Notes: generated by a model not told the origin, from the letters alone. Shown: positions 42,799 through 52,602, counted from the first letter of the stretch. The stretch is DNA of 64,000 nucleotides from an uncultured Bacillota bacterium (GCA_963823655.1 CAWGMK010000007.1:128001-192000), one strand, 5' to 3'. A program made the numbers and translations.

Positions 42799-43917
42799 CT
42801 ATTTTACTTCCAACACCTTCACTATTTCGTAATCCATGCTTCCCAAGCCAAGCTCAGCGGCGTGTGAAAGCTGTACTCTCCAGTCCGAATTGGGTGAGAG
42901 GAACTTGAACTTATCCTCCCCCGAGCACATATGATGGGTGCTGCTACCGGGCTCTCCCGCCACGGACATGACCATGTCCGCCGCCGCCTTGTCTATCGCA
43001 ACTGGATCCAAAGACGCCATGATGCCAAGATCTGGCACTATGGGCACATCGTTGTTGCCGAAGCAGTCGCATTGCGGGCTGACGTTTAGTATTACATTGA
43101 AGAAGACGGCCTTCCCGGCTTTGCCTGAAAGCGCTCCCAGCGTGTACTCGGCCATCTTCCGCTGCAGCGCGGTGGTGCTGTCATCCCAGCTGAACTTTAT
43201 TGTCCTTACGGGGCACATTGCAAGGCAGTCGCCGCATCCGATGCATTTCTCTGTATCGATGAAAGCCTTGTGCCCGTCAGTAAAGAAGATCGCATCCACC
43301 GGGCAATGCTGCGCGCACTTGGTACAGCCGGTGCACCCGTCCTGCTTAACCACAGGCCTTACATCAGAGTGCTGTATCAGCTTGCCGGCCCTGGATGCGC
43401 AGCCCATGCCCAAGTTCTTGATTGTGCCGCCTATGCCGGCAGATGAGTGCGCCTTGAAGTGGGCTACCGAAATGAGCGCAGTCGAATTGTATATCGCAGA
43501 GGCGATCTTCGCCTCTTTAAGATCGTGCCCTTTGATCGGGACGCTGACGTAGTCCGTACCTGTAAGGCCGTCCGCCACTATGAAAGGCGCGCCGACGGTC
43601 TCAAGCGTGAAGCCGTTGAGGCTAGCGTTTAAGTGATGTTTCACGGCGTCGTTTCGCTGCCCGCCGTAAAGCGTGTTCGAGTCAGTTATGAAGGCGGCAG
43701 ACCCTGTCGATTTCGTCTTGTCGACTATCCTTCTTATAAGCTGCGGGGCGACGAAGCTCAGGTTGCCGTACTCTCCCACATGCAGCTTTATCGCCGTAAA
43801 ATCGCCCTTTCCCATAATACTCTTCAGCCCTACTGCGTCGCACAGCCCGTCCATTTTGTTAAGAAGGCTTGTGCCAGGCTTGGTCCTGGCATTTGAGAAA
43901 TATACTTTGCTGGCCAT
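42799..43917 (-). CDS. DUF362 protein with a 2x[4Fe-4S] ferredoxin domain
   Basis: IKLHVGE, HFKAH, KNLGMGCA, two CxxCxxCxxxCP motifs, CDC, DPVAID. Confidence 0.9.
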   Translation of the reverse strand: MASKVYFSNARTKPGTSLLNKMDGLCDAVGLKSIMGKGDFTAIKLHVGEYGNLSFVAPQLIRRIVDKTKSTGSAAFITDSNTLYGGQRNDAVKHHLNASLNGFTLETVGAPFIVADGLTGTDYVSVPIKGHDLKEAKIASAIYNSTALISVAHFKAHSSAGIGGTIKNLGMGCASRAGKLIQHSDVRPVVKQDGCTGCTKCAQHCPVDAIFFTDGHKAFIDTEKCIGCGDCLAMCPVRTIKFSWDDSTTALQRKMAEYTLGALSGKAGKAVFFNVILNVSPQCDCFGNNDVPIVPDLGIMASLDPVAIDKAAADMVMSVAGEPGSSTHHMCSGEDKFKFLSPNSDWRVQLSHAAELGLGSMDYEIVKVLEVK

Positions 43918-44069
43918 AAAGTACCCCCGATTTAAAATTTCTTGTCCATAAAGAGGTTATACGCAGATTATATCAAATATATCTCTTGTTAGCGGATGCG
44001 CGGTACCCGCATGGGGCGGGCCGCCCAAAGGACGAAAATGCGCCTCTAGTAAGGCGCGAGGAGGGGACA

Positions 44070-44513
44070 ATGAGAAAGAGGACAGCTTTGGTATGCCTTA
44101 TCGCAGCTGCGCTGCTGGCAATGGCAATACCTGCTCAGGCCAAGCTTCCCGGGCAGTTTTCCATAAACGCCAACGGGGGATACATGTTCACTTACGGAGA
44201 GCTTGAGCTTGAATACAAAGAGGGCGTCGGAGCCATCGGTATTAATGTCGGCTCGAACGGACTAATTCTGGAAGTTGGCGTGCCGATAAAGTACTTCGTC
44301 CCGCTTAAGGCAGGGTTCAGCTTCTATGCTTCTGTGAATCCCGCAGCTCTCATAACTTTCGTCGGGCCGACAGTAGAATTCGGAATTAAGGCAGGGCCCG
44401 GCGTGGAGTACAGATCGGGCTTTTTCAGAGCCGCAGTCGAGCTCGGCTACAGGTATTCGGTAAGCACAAGCCATGGATTCTACGCCAAGGGCGGCGTGGG
44501 CGTCTGCTTCTAG
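44070..44513 (+). CDS. Small beta-barrel outer-membrane-like protein, copy 1
   Basis: AxA signal peptide, about 8 amphipathic strands, C-terminal GVGVCF. Confidence 0.75.
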   Translation: MRKRTALVCLIAAALLAMAIPAQAKLPGQFSINANGGYMFTYGELELEYKEGVGAIGINVGSNGLILEVGVPIKYFVPLKAGFSFYASVNPAALITFVGPTVEFGIKAGPGVEYRSGFFRAAVELGYRYSVSTSHGFYAKGGVGVCF

Positions 44514-44577
44514 AAGGAGATCGGGCCGAGATATTTGAGTAATGTTCGTAACATTCTAATATCAGGGAGGTATCACG

Positions 44578-45045
44578 ATGAAGAGGATCGTCCTAATCAC
44601 ATCGCTTGCAGTGCTGTTCATGTTCGCAATCGCATCTTCGTCAATCGCAGCGAACCAGTTTACAATCGGCGTTAACGGCGGCTGGAGCTATACCTGGGGA
44701 GAGCTGGAGCTCGAGTACAAGATGGACAATATCGCATTCGGTGCTCAAGCGGGCGTAGGCTGGAACGTCATTGAGTTGGGCGCTTTCGGAAGGTATTATT
44801 TCCCGCTGAACTCCTATATCAACCTTGCTCCCGAGTACGAACTCTCATTGTTTGCGGGGATTTCGCCGTCGCTTCTAATAGGTTTCAACACTTTCGATCT
44901 GGGCTTCGGTTTCAAAGTAGGCCCCGGCATCGACTTCAGGTGGCAGCATCTGAGGGTCATGTTCGAGCTGGGATATGGATTTGAGACCTTGTGGGATTTC
45001 GACCATCACTTCTATACCAAGGCGGGAATTGGCTATAGGTTCTAG
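44578..45045 (+). CDS. Small beta-barrel outer-membrane-like protein, copy 2
   Basis: Signal peptide, GELELEYK, KVGPGIDFRW, C-terminal GIGYRF. Confidence 0.8.
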   Translation: MKRIVLITSLAVLFMFAIASSSIAANQFTIGVNGGWSYTWGELELEYKMDNIAFGAQAGVGWNVIELGAFGRYYFPLNSYINLAPEYELSLFAGISPSLLIGFNTFDLGFGFKVGPGIDFRWQHLRVMFELGYGFETLWDFDHHFYTKAGIGYRF

Positions 45046-45139
45046 GCGTGATTAGTCGGGGGCGCGGCGGCGGATGAAGCTTGCCGCGCCCCTCACTGTC
45101 TATGTCCGGTTCAAAGGTCAGGCATAAGGAGGCAATCCT

Positions 45140-45580
45140 ATGAAGAAGAGCATATTGGTGATGTTGTTTGTAACTCTTACAGTTTTGGCCATCGCGGGGA
45201 ACGCGTCCGCTGCAGTACCCGGAGAATTCACTTTGAGCCTGAACGGCGGGTATCCGATAACTCTTGGGGAGCTGGAGCTTGAGTATAAGAACGGGCCCTG
45301 GGCCGGAGGAATACATACGACATTCGTGGGACCGGGCATCGAGATGGGCATGTTCGGAAGGTATTATGTCCCGTTAGGGGCGGGCTTCAACTTCTATGCG
45401 GCAGTCAACCCTTCGATGATCGTCATGTTCACGCCCGAAGTAAGAGGCCTGATTAAAGTTGGCCCTGGCTTTGATTTCCGCTGGAAGCACCTGAGAGTGG
45501 GGATAGAAGGCGGCTTGCTTTATTTCTTCGGTGGCAAGTTGTTTTTCTATACGAAATTGGGGCTTGGCGTAATATTTTAG
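45140..45580 (+). CDS. Small beta-barrel outer-membrane-like protein, copy 3
   Basis: Signal peptide, GELELEYK, KVGPGFDFRW, C-terminal GLGVIF. Confidence 0.78.
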   Translation: MKKSILVMLFVTLTVLAIAGNASAAVPGEFTLSLNGGYPITLGELELEYKNGPWAGGIHTTFVGPGIEMGMFGRYYVPLGAGFNFYAAVNPSMIVMFTPEVRGLIKVGPGFDFRWKHLRVGIEGGLLYFFGGKLFFYTKLGLGVIF

Positions 45581-45636
45581 TTAGGCCGGGCGGATGCCCG
45601 AATCAATTCTAAGAATGTTAACATCTAGAGAAGACT

Positions 45637-45667
45637 TGAGGATGCAGCCATACGGACTGCATCCTCA
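45637..45667. terminator. Hairpin between the beta-barrel array and tRNA-Leu
   Basis: TGAGGATGCAG/CTGCATCCTCA stem. Confidence 0.65.
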
Positions 45668-45673
45668 CTAATT

Positions 45674-45758
45674 TGGTGCAGGTGGTGGGATTCGAACCCA
45701 CATGTCCAAGGGACAAAGGTTTTTAAGACCCTCGTGTATGCCGTTCCACCACACCTGC
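45674..45758 (-). tRNA. tRNA-Leu(TAA)
   Basis: GCAGGTG/CACCTGC acceptor, loop CTTAAAA, long variable arm, TTCGAAT, CCA. Confidence 0.96.
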
Positions 45759-45938
45759 TCAAAACAATGATAGCATCAGATGAAGCCTGCAAGGCTCATG
45801 CGATAATGTGATTATACAATAAAGGCGAGCCACAGGGCACGCACATCCGTAAGCTCTGTTAGAATGACTGCGGACCATATTGCGGCCGCAGGCGCTTGGA
45901 TGTTATCGTTCATGTATATTTATTACGGAGGGATACCA

Positions 45939-47255
45939 ATGCACGGAAGAAACAACATCAGTGTCGGGAAGAACGGCAACTTGTACCTAGGCAAAGTCGA
46001 CCTTGCTACGCTCGCCGAAAAGTACGGCACACCGCTATATGTGATGGATGAGGATTATATGCGCGACAAATGTGCGCAATATCTAAACGCCTTCAAATCA
46101 AGGTATGAGGACGTCGAGGTGCTTTTCGCCTCCAAGGCGTTCCTGATGAAGGCCATGGCTGCATTGATAAAGCAGGAGGGCCTGTCAATAGACGTCGTAT
46201 CGGGAAGCGAGCTAGCATGCGCCCTATCAGCCGGTATGAGCGCGGATCGGATCCACTTCCACGGAAACAACAAGAGCCCTGATGAGATAAAAGCAGGACT
46301 TGTTGCCGGAATCGGCCGCTTCATAGTGGATAACTTCGACGAGCTGGAGCTTCTGGACCGTACTGCCGCCGGCATGGGCAAAACCGCTTCCATCATGTTG
46401 AGGATAGCCCCTGGCGTCGAAGCCCACACGCACAAATACATTCAAACGGGGCAGACCGACTCCAAGTTCGGGCTGGGAATCGCTGATGGAAGGGCTGACA
46501 GGGCCGTAGACATGGCGCTCTCCATGAAGAATGTGAAGCTCGAGGGCTTCCATTGCCACATCGGCTCACAGATATTCGACATAGAGGCATATAAGCTTGC
46601 GGCTGAGAAGATGATCGCCTTCGCCGCGAAGACGGCCAAGCGCACCGGCTTCGTGTACAAGGAGCTCAACCTTGGCGGAGGGCTGGGCGTGCGCTATACG
46701 GAGAAAGATGAACCAAGCAACGTTGATAGCCTCGCGGAGGCAATTTGTTCGACAGTTAAGAAGGAATCGAAGAAGCATGGCTTACCTCTGCCGAAGCTCA
46801 TGGTGGAGCCCGGAAGGTCCATAGTCGGGGAGGCCGGCATCACACTTTACACGATAGGGGCGATCAAGGACATACCCGGCATTAGAACGTACGCGTCGGT
46901 GGACGGCGGCATGACCGATAACCCCAGGGTTGCGCTCTATCAGGCGGAATATGATGCAATCGTCGTGAACAAGGCGGGCAAGAAGCCCGAGAAGCTATAT
47001 TCGATAGCCGGCAACGCATGCGAATCCGGCGATATGCTGATATGGGACATTTCGCTGCCCCAGCTGCAATCGGGAGACACCTTGGCGGTGCTGACCACAG
47101 GTGCCTACAACTACATAATGTCATCGCACTACAATATGCACCCCAAGCCTCCCGTAGTGTTCGTAAAGGGCAAAAAAGCTCAGCTTGTGGCAAGGCGCGA
47201 GACCTACATGGATATAATGAAGCCGCAGCTTTTGCCGAAGAGATTCAGGAAATAG
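45939..47255 (+). CDS. lysA: Diaminopimelate decarboxylase
   Basis: YGTPLYV, FASKAF, HGNNKS, SKFG, HCHIGSQ, EPGRS, CESGD, GAY. Confidence 0.97.
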   Translation: MHGRNNISVGKNGNLYLGKVDLATLAEKYGTPLYVMDEDYMRDKCAQYLNAFKSRYEDVEVLFASKAFLMKAMAALIKQEGLSIDVVSGSELACALSAGMSADRIHFHGNNKSPDEIKAGLVAGIGRFIVDNFDELELLDRTAAGMGKTASIMLRIAPGVEAHTHKYIQTGQTDSKFGLGIADGRADRAVDMALSMKNVKLEGFHCHIGSQIFDIEAYKLAAEKMIAFAAKTAKRTGFVYKELNLGGGLGVRYTEKDEPSNVDSLAEAICSTVKKESKKHGLPLPKLMVEPGRSIVGEAGITLYTIGAIKDIPGIRTYASVDGGMTDNPRVALYQAEYDAIVVNKAGKKPEKLYSIAGNACESGDMLIWDISLPQLQSGDTLAVLTTGAYNYIMSSHYNMHPKPPVVFVKGKKAQLVARRETYMDIMKPQLLPKRFRK

Positions 47256-47338
47256 GATAGCCCGATAGAAATGCGAAGCCCGGCGCCGCTGATTTGGCGG
47301 AAGCGCCGGGCTTTTGAATTCTTGGCCGAGTCAGAAAA

Positions 47339-47791
47339 CTACTTGAGCTCTGAAGTGCAATTCGGGCAACGCTTGGCCCTGATGTCCACCTGCGTGAAGC
47401 AGTGCGGGCATTCTTTTGTGGTGGGTGCGGCCGCGACTTCTGCCGCCTTCTTCTTGTCTGCGCTCTCCCTGGCCTTGTTGATCGCACGAATTATGAGGAA
47501 AACGACGAAAGCGATTATCAGAAAGTCGATTATCGTGCCGATGAAGCTTCCGTAATTAACAGTGGCGGCGCCTGCTGCCTGGGCTTCCGCAAGTGTCGCA
47601 TACTTGTTGCCGTCGAGCGATATGAACAGGTTCTTAAAGTCCACCTTGCCCAATAGCATTCCCACTAGCGGCATGAGGACCTCGTTTACGAACGAAGCCA
47701 CAATCTTGCCGAACGCCCCGCCGATGATTATACCGACGGCTAGGTCAATAACATTGCCCCTCATTACGAATTTCTTGAATTCTGCAAACAT
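47339..47791 (-). CDS. mscL: Large-conductance mechanosensitive channel with C-terminal Zn ribbon
   Basis: EFKKFVMRGNVIDLAVGIIIGGAF, YGSFI, FLIIAF; CPHC...CPNC tail. Confidence 0.96.
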   Translation of the reverse strand: MFAEFKKFVMRGNVIDLAVGIIIGGAFGKIVASFVNEVLMPLVGMLLGKVDFKNLFISLDGNKYATLAEAQAAGAATVNYGSFIGTIIDFLIIAFVVFLIIRAINKARESADKKKAAEVAAAPTTKECPHCFTQVDIRAKRCPNCTSELK

Positions 47792-47830
47792 GGACGCACC
47801 TCCTTATTGTACTTGCCTAACAAACTATAC

Positions 47831-47855
47831 ATTCGACATTGTATATGCACATCCT
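47831..47855 (-). promoter_or_regulatory. SigH-like promoter of mscL
   Basis: GAAGGA-17 bp-GAAT (GTCGAAT) on the minus strand. Confidence 0.6.
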
Positions 47856-47947
47856 TCCGCTTTCAAGCATTTGGAAAAGAACTGCGGGAAATGAAATGCG
47901 TTGTTGTGTGATAAGCAGATAAGATGTTGTTAAACAAACAGGATATA

Positions 47948-47976
47948 TTGACAAATGACTTTAAGAAACTTAAAAT
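47948..47976 (+). promoter_or_regulatory. SigA-type promoter of hsp20
   Basis: TTGACA-17 bp-TAAAAT. Confidence 0.7.
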
Positions 47977-48019
47977 GAAAGTGCAAATAAAACTTCTCAA
48001 TAATAGGGGGGTAAGGATA

Positions 48020-48463
48020 ATGAACATTGTAAGGTGGAACCCGTACAGGGAAGTAAACGACATGATAAGGAATATGAGCAGAATCATGGAGGACGATACC
48101 TCAAGAGGCTATAACCGCGAGAAGGGCTGTTGGTCGCCCGCAGTAGACATCGAAGAGGACGACAAGCAGGTAGTGCTCAGGGCCGAGATGCCCGGCTTCG
48201 CACCTGAGGAGATCGATATCAACCTCAAGGAGAGCATGCTGGAAATCAAGGCGGAGACCAAGCTCGAGGAGGAGAGGCCCGAGAGGAACTACATCAGGCG
48301 CGAGCGCAGGTGCGGCTCTTTCTACAGGGCGTTCGAGCTAGCCGAGGGGCTTGATACGGTGAATTCCAAAGCCTCCTACAAGAATGGCGTGTTGGAGCTG
48401 GCCATACCCAAGAAGGCGAAGGAAGAGGCCCCACAGTTCAAAATCAAGGTAAGCGCCGAATAA
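48020..48463 (+). CDS. Hsp20 / alpha-crystallin small heat-shock protein
   Basis: WSPAVDI, AEMPG, RRERRCGSFYRAF, ASYKNGVLELAIPK, IKV tail. Confidence 0.95.
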   Translation: MNIVRWNPYREVNDMIRNMSRIMEDDTSRGYNREKGCWSPAVDIEEDDKQVVLRAEMPGFAPEEIDINLKESMLEIKAETKLEEERPERNYIRRERRCGSFYRAFELAEGLDTVNSKASYKNGVLELAIPKKAKEEAPQFKIKVSAE

Positions 48464-48676
48464 GATAGTTGTATGAGGCATAGATAAAGAGGTCATCAAG
48501 AAACAATTTATCCGTTGGGGCTGCGCTTAAAAAGGCGCGGCCCCATTTTCTTCGTACATCTAATGGAGAAGAACCCTGCTGAGTAAAGGGATAGAAAACA
48601 ATGCTGCCTCTTCCTTTGACTAGGACCTGCTTTACCATCATAATTAAAAGGCATTGAGAATCTCGGAGGTAGAGCT

Positions 48677-49732
48677 ATGAAAGTCGGTATCATAGGAAAG
48701 GCATCATCGGGCAAGACTACTCTGTTCAGGCTTCTGACGGGTAAGGCCGATACCGGAAGGCAGGAGGCGGCCATAGGCATGGCCAGGGTGCCCGATGCCA
48801 GGATAGATGCGCTCTCTGCCATGTTCACCCCCAAGAAGACTACATACGCGCAGGTCGAGGTGCTGGATTTGGCGGGCGCGGGATCATCCGGCGCCGACAA
48901 GAAGGCGCTTATCAGGCTTGTGAACCATATGCGAACGATGGACGCCCTAATCAACGTGGTCAAGGCATTTGGAGAGGACGCGGCCAGCTCGGCTTATGCG
49001 GACGCTTTACATGCGACAGACGAACTAATACTCGCCGACATGGCTACTGCTGAAGTGCGCGTTGAAAGGCTTACTTCCCAGAAGAAGAGGACCCCGGAGG
49101 AAGATTCGGAACTAGAGCTGATGTCAAGACTCGGCCGGGAGCTGGGCGAGGGCAAGAGCCTAAGGCAGGTAGAGCTTAGCGCCGAGGACAAGGAACGCCT
49201 GATAGGCTACGGTCTTCTTTCGGTAAAGCCAATGATAATGTGCGTTAACCTCGGCGAGGAGGAACTCCTAGCTAAGTCTTATGAAGGCGCCCAAAAGGTT
49301 AAGGAGCATTGCGCATCCTACGGCATACCCCTGGTAGAGCTGTGCGCCGGCGTCGAAGCCGAGATGGCCGAGCTGGACGACGATGACAAGGTACAGCTCA
49401 TGGCGGGGTATGGGATCGAGGAAAGTGGAATAGGTAAGATCTCCGTTGCAGTGTACGAGGGCCTGGGGCTGATATCGTTCTTTACAGTCGGAGAAGACGA
49501 AGTGAGGGCATGGCCGATACCGAGGGGAATTAACGCCAAAGGTGCCGCCGGTAAGATTTATTCGGATATAGAAAAGGGATTTATCAGGGCCGAGACGGTC
49601 GGCTATGAGGATTTCATGCGCCTTGGGGGTATCTCCGGAGCCCGGAATGTGGGGCTGTTCAGGCTTGAAGGCAAAGAATACATCGTCAAGGACGGAGACA
49701 TCATGAACTTCCGTTTCAGCCAGAGCAAATAG
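48677..49732 (+). CDS. YchF-like (Obg family) NTPase with TGS domain, divergent paralogue
   Basis: GKASSGKTT, VPDAR, DLAG, FFTVGEDEVRAW, KGFIRAE, RLEGKEYIVKDGD. Confidence 0.88.
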   Translation: MKVGIIGKASSGKTTLFRLLTGKADTGRQEAAIGMARVPDARIDALSAMFTPKKTTYAQVEVLDLAGAGSSGADKKALIRLVNHMRTMDALINVVKAFGEDAASSAYADALHATDELILADMATAEVRVERLTSQKKRTPEEDSELELMSRLGRELGEGKSLRQVELSAEDKERLIGYGLLSVKPMIMCVNLGEEELLAKSYEGAQKVKEHCASYGIPLVELCAGVEAEMAELDDDDKVQLMAGYGIEESGIGKISVAVYEGLGLISFFTVGEDEVRAWPIPRGINAKGAAGKIYSDIEKGFIRAETVGYEDFMRLGGISGARNVGLFRLEGKEYIVKDGDIMNFRFSQSK

Positions 49733-49812
49733 GAAAAGATGCATAGGAGTGCTAAAATATATATGTGGCGAGCGCTCAGCCTAACAGGGCGCAATCGAAC
49801 GGAGGTCATAGG

Positions 49813-50037
49813 ATGTTTGAAAAGGTAAATGAAATCCTTGAGCAGATAAGGCCCAGCCTCAAGGCGGACGGCGGAGACGTCGAACTCGTAGAGGTGACGC
49901 CTGAGAACATAGTCAAAGTGAGGCTGCAGGGCGCATGCAAGGGATGCCCGATGTCGCAGATGACTTTGAAGATGGGCATCGAGAGGCTCCTTAAGAAACA
50001 CATTCCCGAAATAGTCTCGGTAGAGTCAGTACAGTAA
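49813..50037 (+). CDS. NifU/NfuA C-terminal-like Fe-S carrier
   Basis: IRPSLKADGGDVEL, GACKGCPMS. Confidence 0.93.
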   Translation: MFEKVNEILEQIRPSLKADGGDVELVEVTPENIVKVRLQGACKGCPMSQMTLKMGIERLLKKHIPEIVSVESVQ

Positions 50038-50258
50038 CGTATATGGCCGGCGCGTAAAGCGCCGGCCATGTTCTGTATATGTGCAAAGATTGTGAAACTA
50101 AAGCACGCATTCGCAAGCTCCAATGATAAGAATGTTGCATGGCTTGTACTAATGATCAGTTGAGTAAAAATCGATGAACATAGAGTAAGTTGTGTCCAAT
50201 AGCCGCATAGCAACTAGTCTCAAAGCGATGATGGGGGGTATCTCCTGTGGAGGGGACT

Positions 50259-51284
50259 ATGAGGGCCGTGGCTAAGCTGAAGCCCGGCCAAGGTTGTTCA
50301 CTTATCGACGCGCCCATTCCGGGCATTAAAAGAGGCGAAGTCCTCGTCAAGGTCAAAGCAGCCGCTATCTGCGGCACAGACGTCCATATTTATGAATGGG
50401 ACGAATGGTCCCAGAAAAGGATAAAAACCCCACTTATCTTCGGCCATGAGTTCTGCGGAGACGTGGTCGAGATTGGAGAGGGTGTAACCTCTTTGAAGAA
50501 AGGGCAGTTCGTTTCCATTGAAACGCATATAAATTGCGGGCACTGCTTCTATTGCAGGCAGGGGATGGGCCATATCTGCGAGACCATGCAGATCATCGGT
50601 GTTGACCGAGACGGTTGCTTCGCCGAATATGTCGCCGTACCTGAGTCGGCATGCTGGACATGGGATATCCCAATTTCGGCCGAGATTGCGGCAGTTCAAG
50701 ACCCTTACGGAAATGCCGTGCATACTGCACTTGCACAGGACTTGGTTGGAGCCGACGTTTTCATAACGGGCATGGGACCGATAGGCCTTGCGGCAATTCC
50801 GGTGGCCAAGCTTTCTGGCGCAAAGACCGTTTTCGTGACCGATGTGTCGGAGTACAGGCTTGATCTGGCAAGGAAGCTCGGGGCGGATTTTGCAATTAAT
50901 CCTAAGGAAAAGGACCCGGTTGCGCTCGTCAGGCAGCTGACCGGGGGCAGAGGGGCGGACGTGCTTCTTGAGATGAGCGGCAATCCGGCAGCTATAAAGC
51001 AGGGGTTCGCGGCTTTGAGGAAGGCAGGCAAGGCGGCTCTTCTGGGCATACCTTCAAAACCGGTGGAATTCGACATGGCTAACGATATCATATTTAAGAG
51101 CATTGAAGTCAGGGGCATAAACGGCAGGCGCATCTGGGATACCTGGTATAAGGGGCAGGCGCTGCTAGCGAAGGGGCTCGACCTCAGCAAGTTGATTACG
51201 CATCGCATGCCGCTCGAGGACATCGAGAAGGGATTAGAGCTCATGAAGGCCGGCGAGTGCGGGAAGGTCATACTATATCCATAA
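50259..51284 (+). CDS. tdh: L-threonine 3-dehydrogenase
   Basis: ICGTDVHIYEWD, GHEF, structural Zn cysteines, EMSG; adjacent to kbl. Confidence 0.95.
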   Translation: MRAVAKLKPGQGCSLIDAPIPGIKRGEVLVKVKAAAICGTDVHIYEWDEWSQKRIKTPLIFGHEFCGDVVEIGEGVTSLKKGQFVSIETHINCGHCFYCRQGMGHICETMQIIGVDRDGCFAEYVAVPESACWTWDIPISAEIAAVQDPYGNAVHTALAQDLVGADVFITGMGPIGLAAIPVAKLSGAKTVFVTDVSEYRLDLARKLGADFAINPKEKDPVALVRQLTGGRGADVLLEMSGNPAAIKQGFAALRKAGKAALLGIPSKPVEFDMANDIIFKSIEVRGINGRRIWDTWYKGQALLAKGLDLSKLITHRMPLEDIEKGLELMKAGECGKVILYP

Positions 51285-51316
51285 CCCGCGAGATCGCGGC
51301 TTCGGGAGGTTTTAAA

Positions 51317-52507
51317 ATGGAATACGCCCTCGGTTACTTAGAGGCGGAAATTGAGAAAATGAAGGAGCAGAAGCTCTTCAGATACCCAAGGGTGCTTACG
51401 GGCAGACAGATGGCCAAATGCGTCTTCGACGGCAAGGAGATCGTGAATCTGTCCTCAAACAACTACCTCGGCTTTGCCACCCATCCCAGGCTGATCGAAG
51501 CCGCCGAAAAGGCGGTCCGGGAACTGGGCGTTGGATCAGGCGCAGTCAGGACGATAGCGGGTACAATGGCAGGGCACACCGAGCTTGAAAGGAAAATTGC
51601 CGAGTTTAAGCACACAGAGGCGGCGCTGGTCTTTCAGTCGGGCTTCACAGCAAACGCAGGTACGGTGTCCGCTGTTCTTGGCAAGAACGACATAATCATC
51701 AGCGATGAGCTCAATCACGCGAGCATAATAGACGGATGCAGGCTGTCGAGGGCAGAGATCAAGGTGTTCAAGCATGGCGATATGTCGCAATTGAGGGAAC
51801 GGCTCGAGGAGAGCAAGGACGCGATGGCGGCGGGATCCCACGTGCTTGTCATTACGGACGGTGTATTCTCTATGGACGGTGATATCGGCAAACTTGATGA
51901 GATGTGCAAAATCGCTAAGGAGTACGGCGCCATAACGATGGTCGACGATGCGCATGCCAGCGGAGTTTTGGGCAAGAATGGGCGCGGAACTGTAGACCAC
52001 TACGGCATTCACGGCCATGTCGATATCCAGGTGGGCACTCTATCTAAGGCAATCGGCGTTGTGGGCGGATATGTGGCGGGGTCCAAAACGCTCATTGACT
52101 ATCTCATTATGAGGGCTAGGCCGATCCTGTTTTCTACGTCAGCGCCGCCGGCGGTTACGGCTGCATGCCTTGAGGCTTTCAAGGTACTTGAGGAAGAACC
52201 CTGGCACATCGAAAAACTATGGGAGAATTCCAGATTTTTCAAAGAGGGGCTCAAGAGGTTGGGCTTCAACACAGGAATCAGCCAGACTCCGATTACGCCT
52301 GTTATGGTTGGCGATGGCGCAAAAACCATGAGGCTTTCCGACAGGCTGTTTCAAGAGGGCGTATTCGTTGTTGGATTAGCTTTCCCGACGGTGCCGGTTG
52401 GCAAAGAAAGAGTAAGAACTATAGTGACTGCAGAGCATACCAAGGCGGATTTGGAGTTCGCGCTGGGCAAGTTCGAAGAAGTGGGCAAGGAGTTAGGTTT
52501 GATATAG
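51317..52507 (+). CDS. kbl: Glycine C-acetyltransferase (2-amino-3-ketobutyrate CoA ligase)
   Basis: SNNYLG, LNHASIIDG, DGVFSMDG, DDAH, GTLSKA; in an operon with tdh. Confidence 0.92.
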   Translation: MEYALGYLEAEIEKMKEQKLFRYPRVLTGRQMAKCVFDGKEIVNLSSNNYLGFATHPRLIEAAEKAVRELGVGSGAVRTIAGTMAGHTELERKIAEFKHTEAALVFQSGFTANAGTVSAVLGKNDIIISDELNHASIIDGCRLSRAEIKVFKHGDMSQLRERLEESKDAMAAGSHVLVITDGVFSMDGDIGKLDEMCKIAKEYGAITMVDDAHASGVLGKNGRGTVDHYGIHGHVDIQVGTLSKAIGVVGGYVAGSKTLIDYLIMRARPILFSTSAPPAVTAACLEAFKVLEEEPWHIEKLWENSRFFKEGLKRLGFNTGISQTPITPVMVGDGAKTMRLSDRLFQEGVFVVGLAFPTVPVGKERVRTIVTAEHTKADLEFALGKFEEVGKELGLI

Positions 52508-52559
52508 AATATTTGTCATAGCTGAGATCAGACGTAACTATCGGGCATAGAGAATCGAT

Positions 52560-52588
52560 TTGACATATCTTTGGCAATTATGTAACAT
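52560..52588 (+). promoter_or_regulatory. SigA-type promoter of tRNA-Met
   Basis: TTGACA-17 bp-TAACAT. Confidence 0.6.
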
Positions 52589-52602
52589 AATCTGTGCATT
52601 GT

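Noticed and set aside
45760-45938. Lysine riboswitch before lysA
   Set aside because: No recognisable L-box conserved elements or attenuator
47940-47965. CtsR or CIRCE operator at hsp20
   Set aside because: The TGAC half-sites are 7 bp apart rather than 10, and there is no TTAGCACTC inverted repeat
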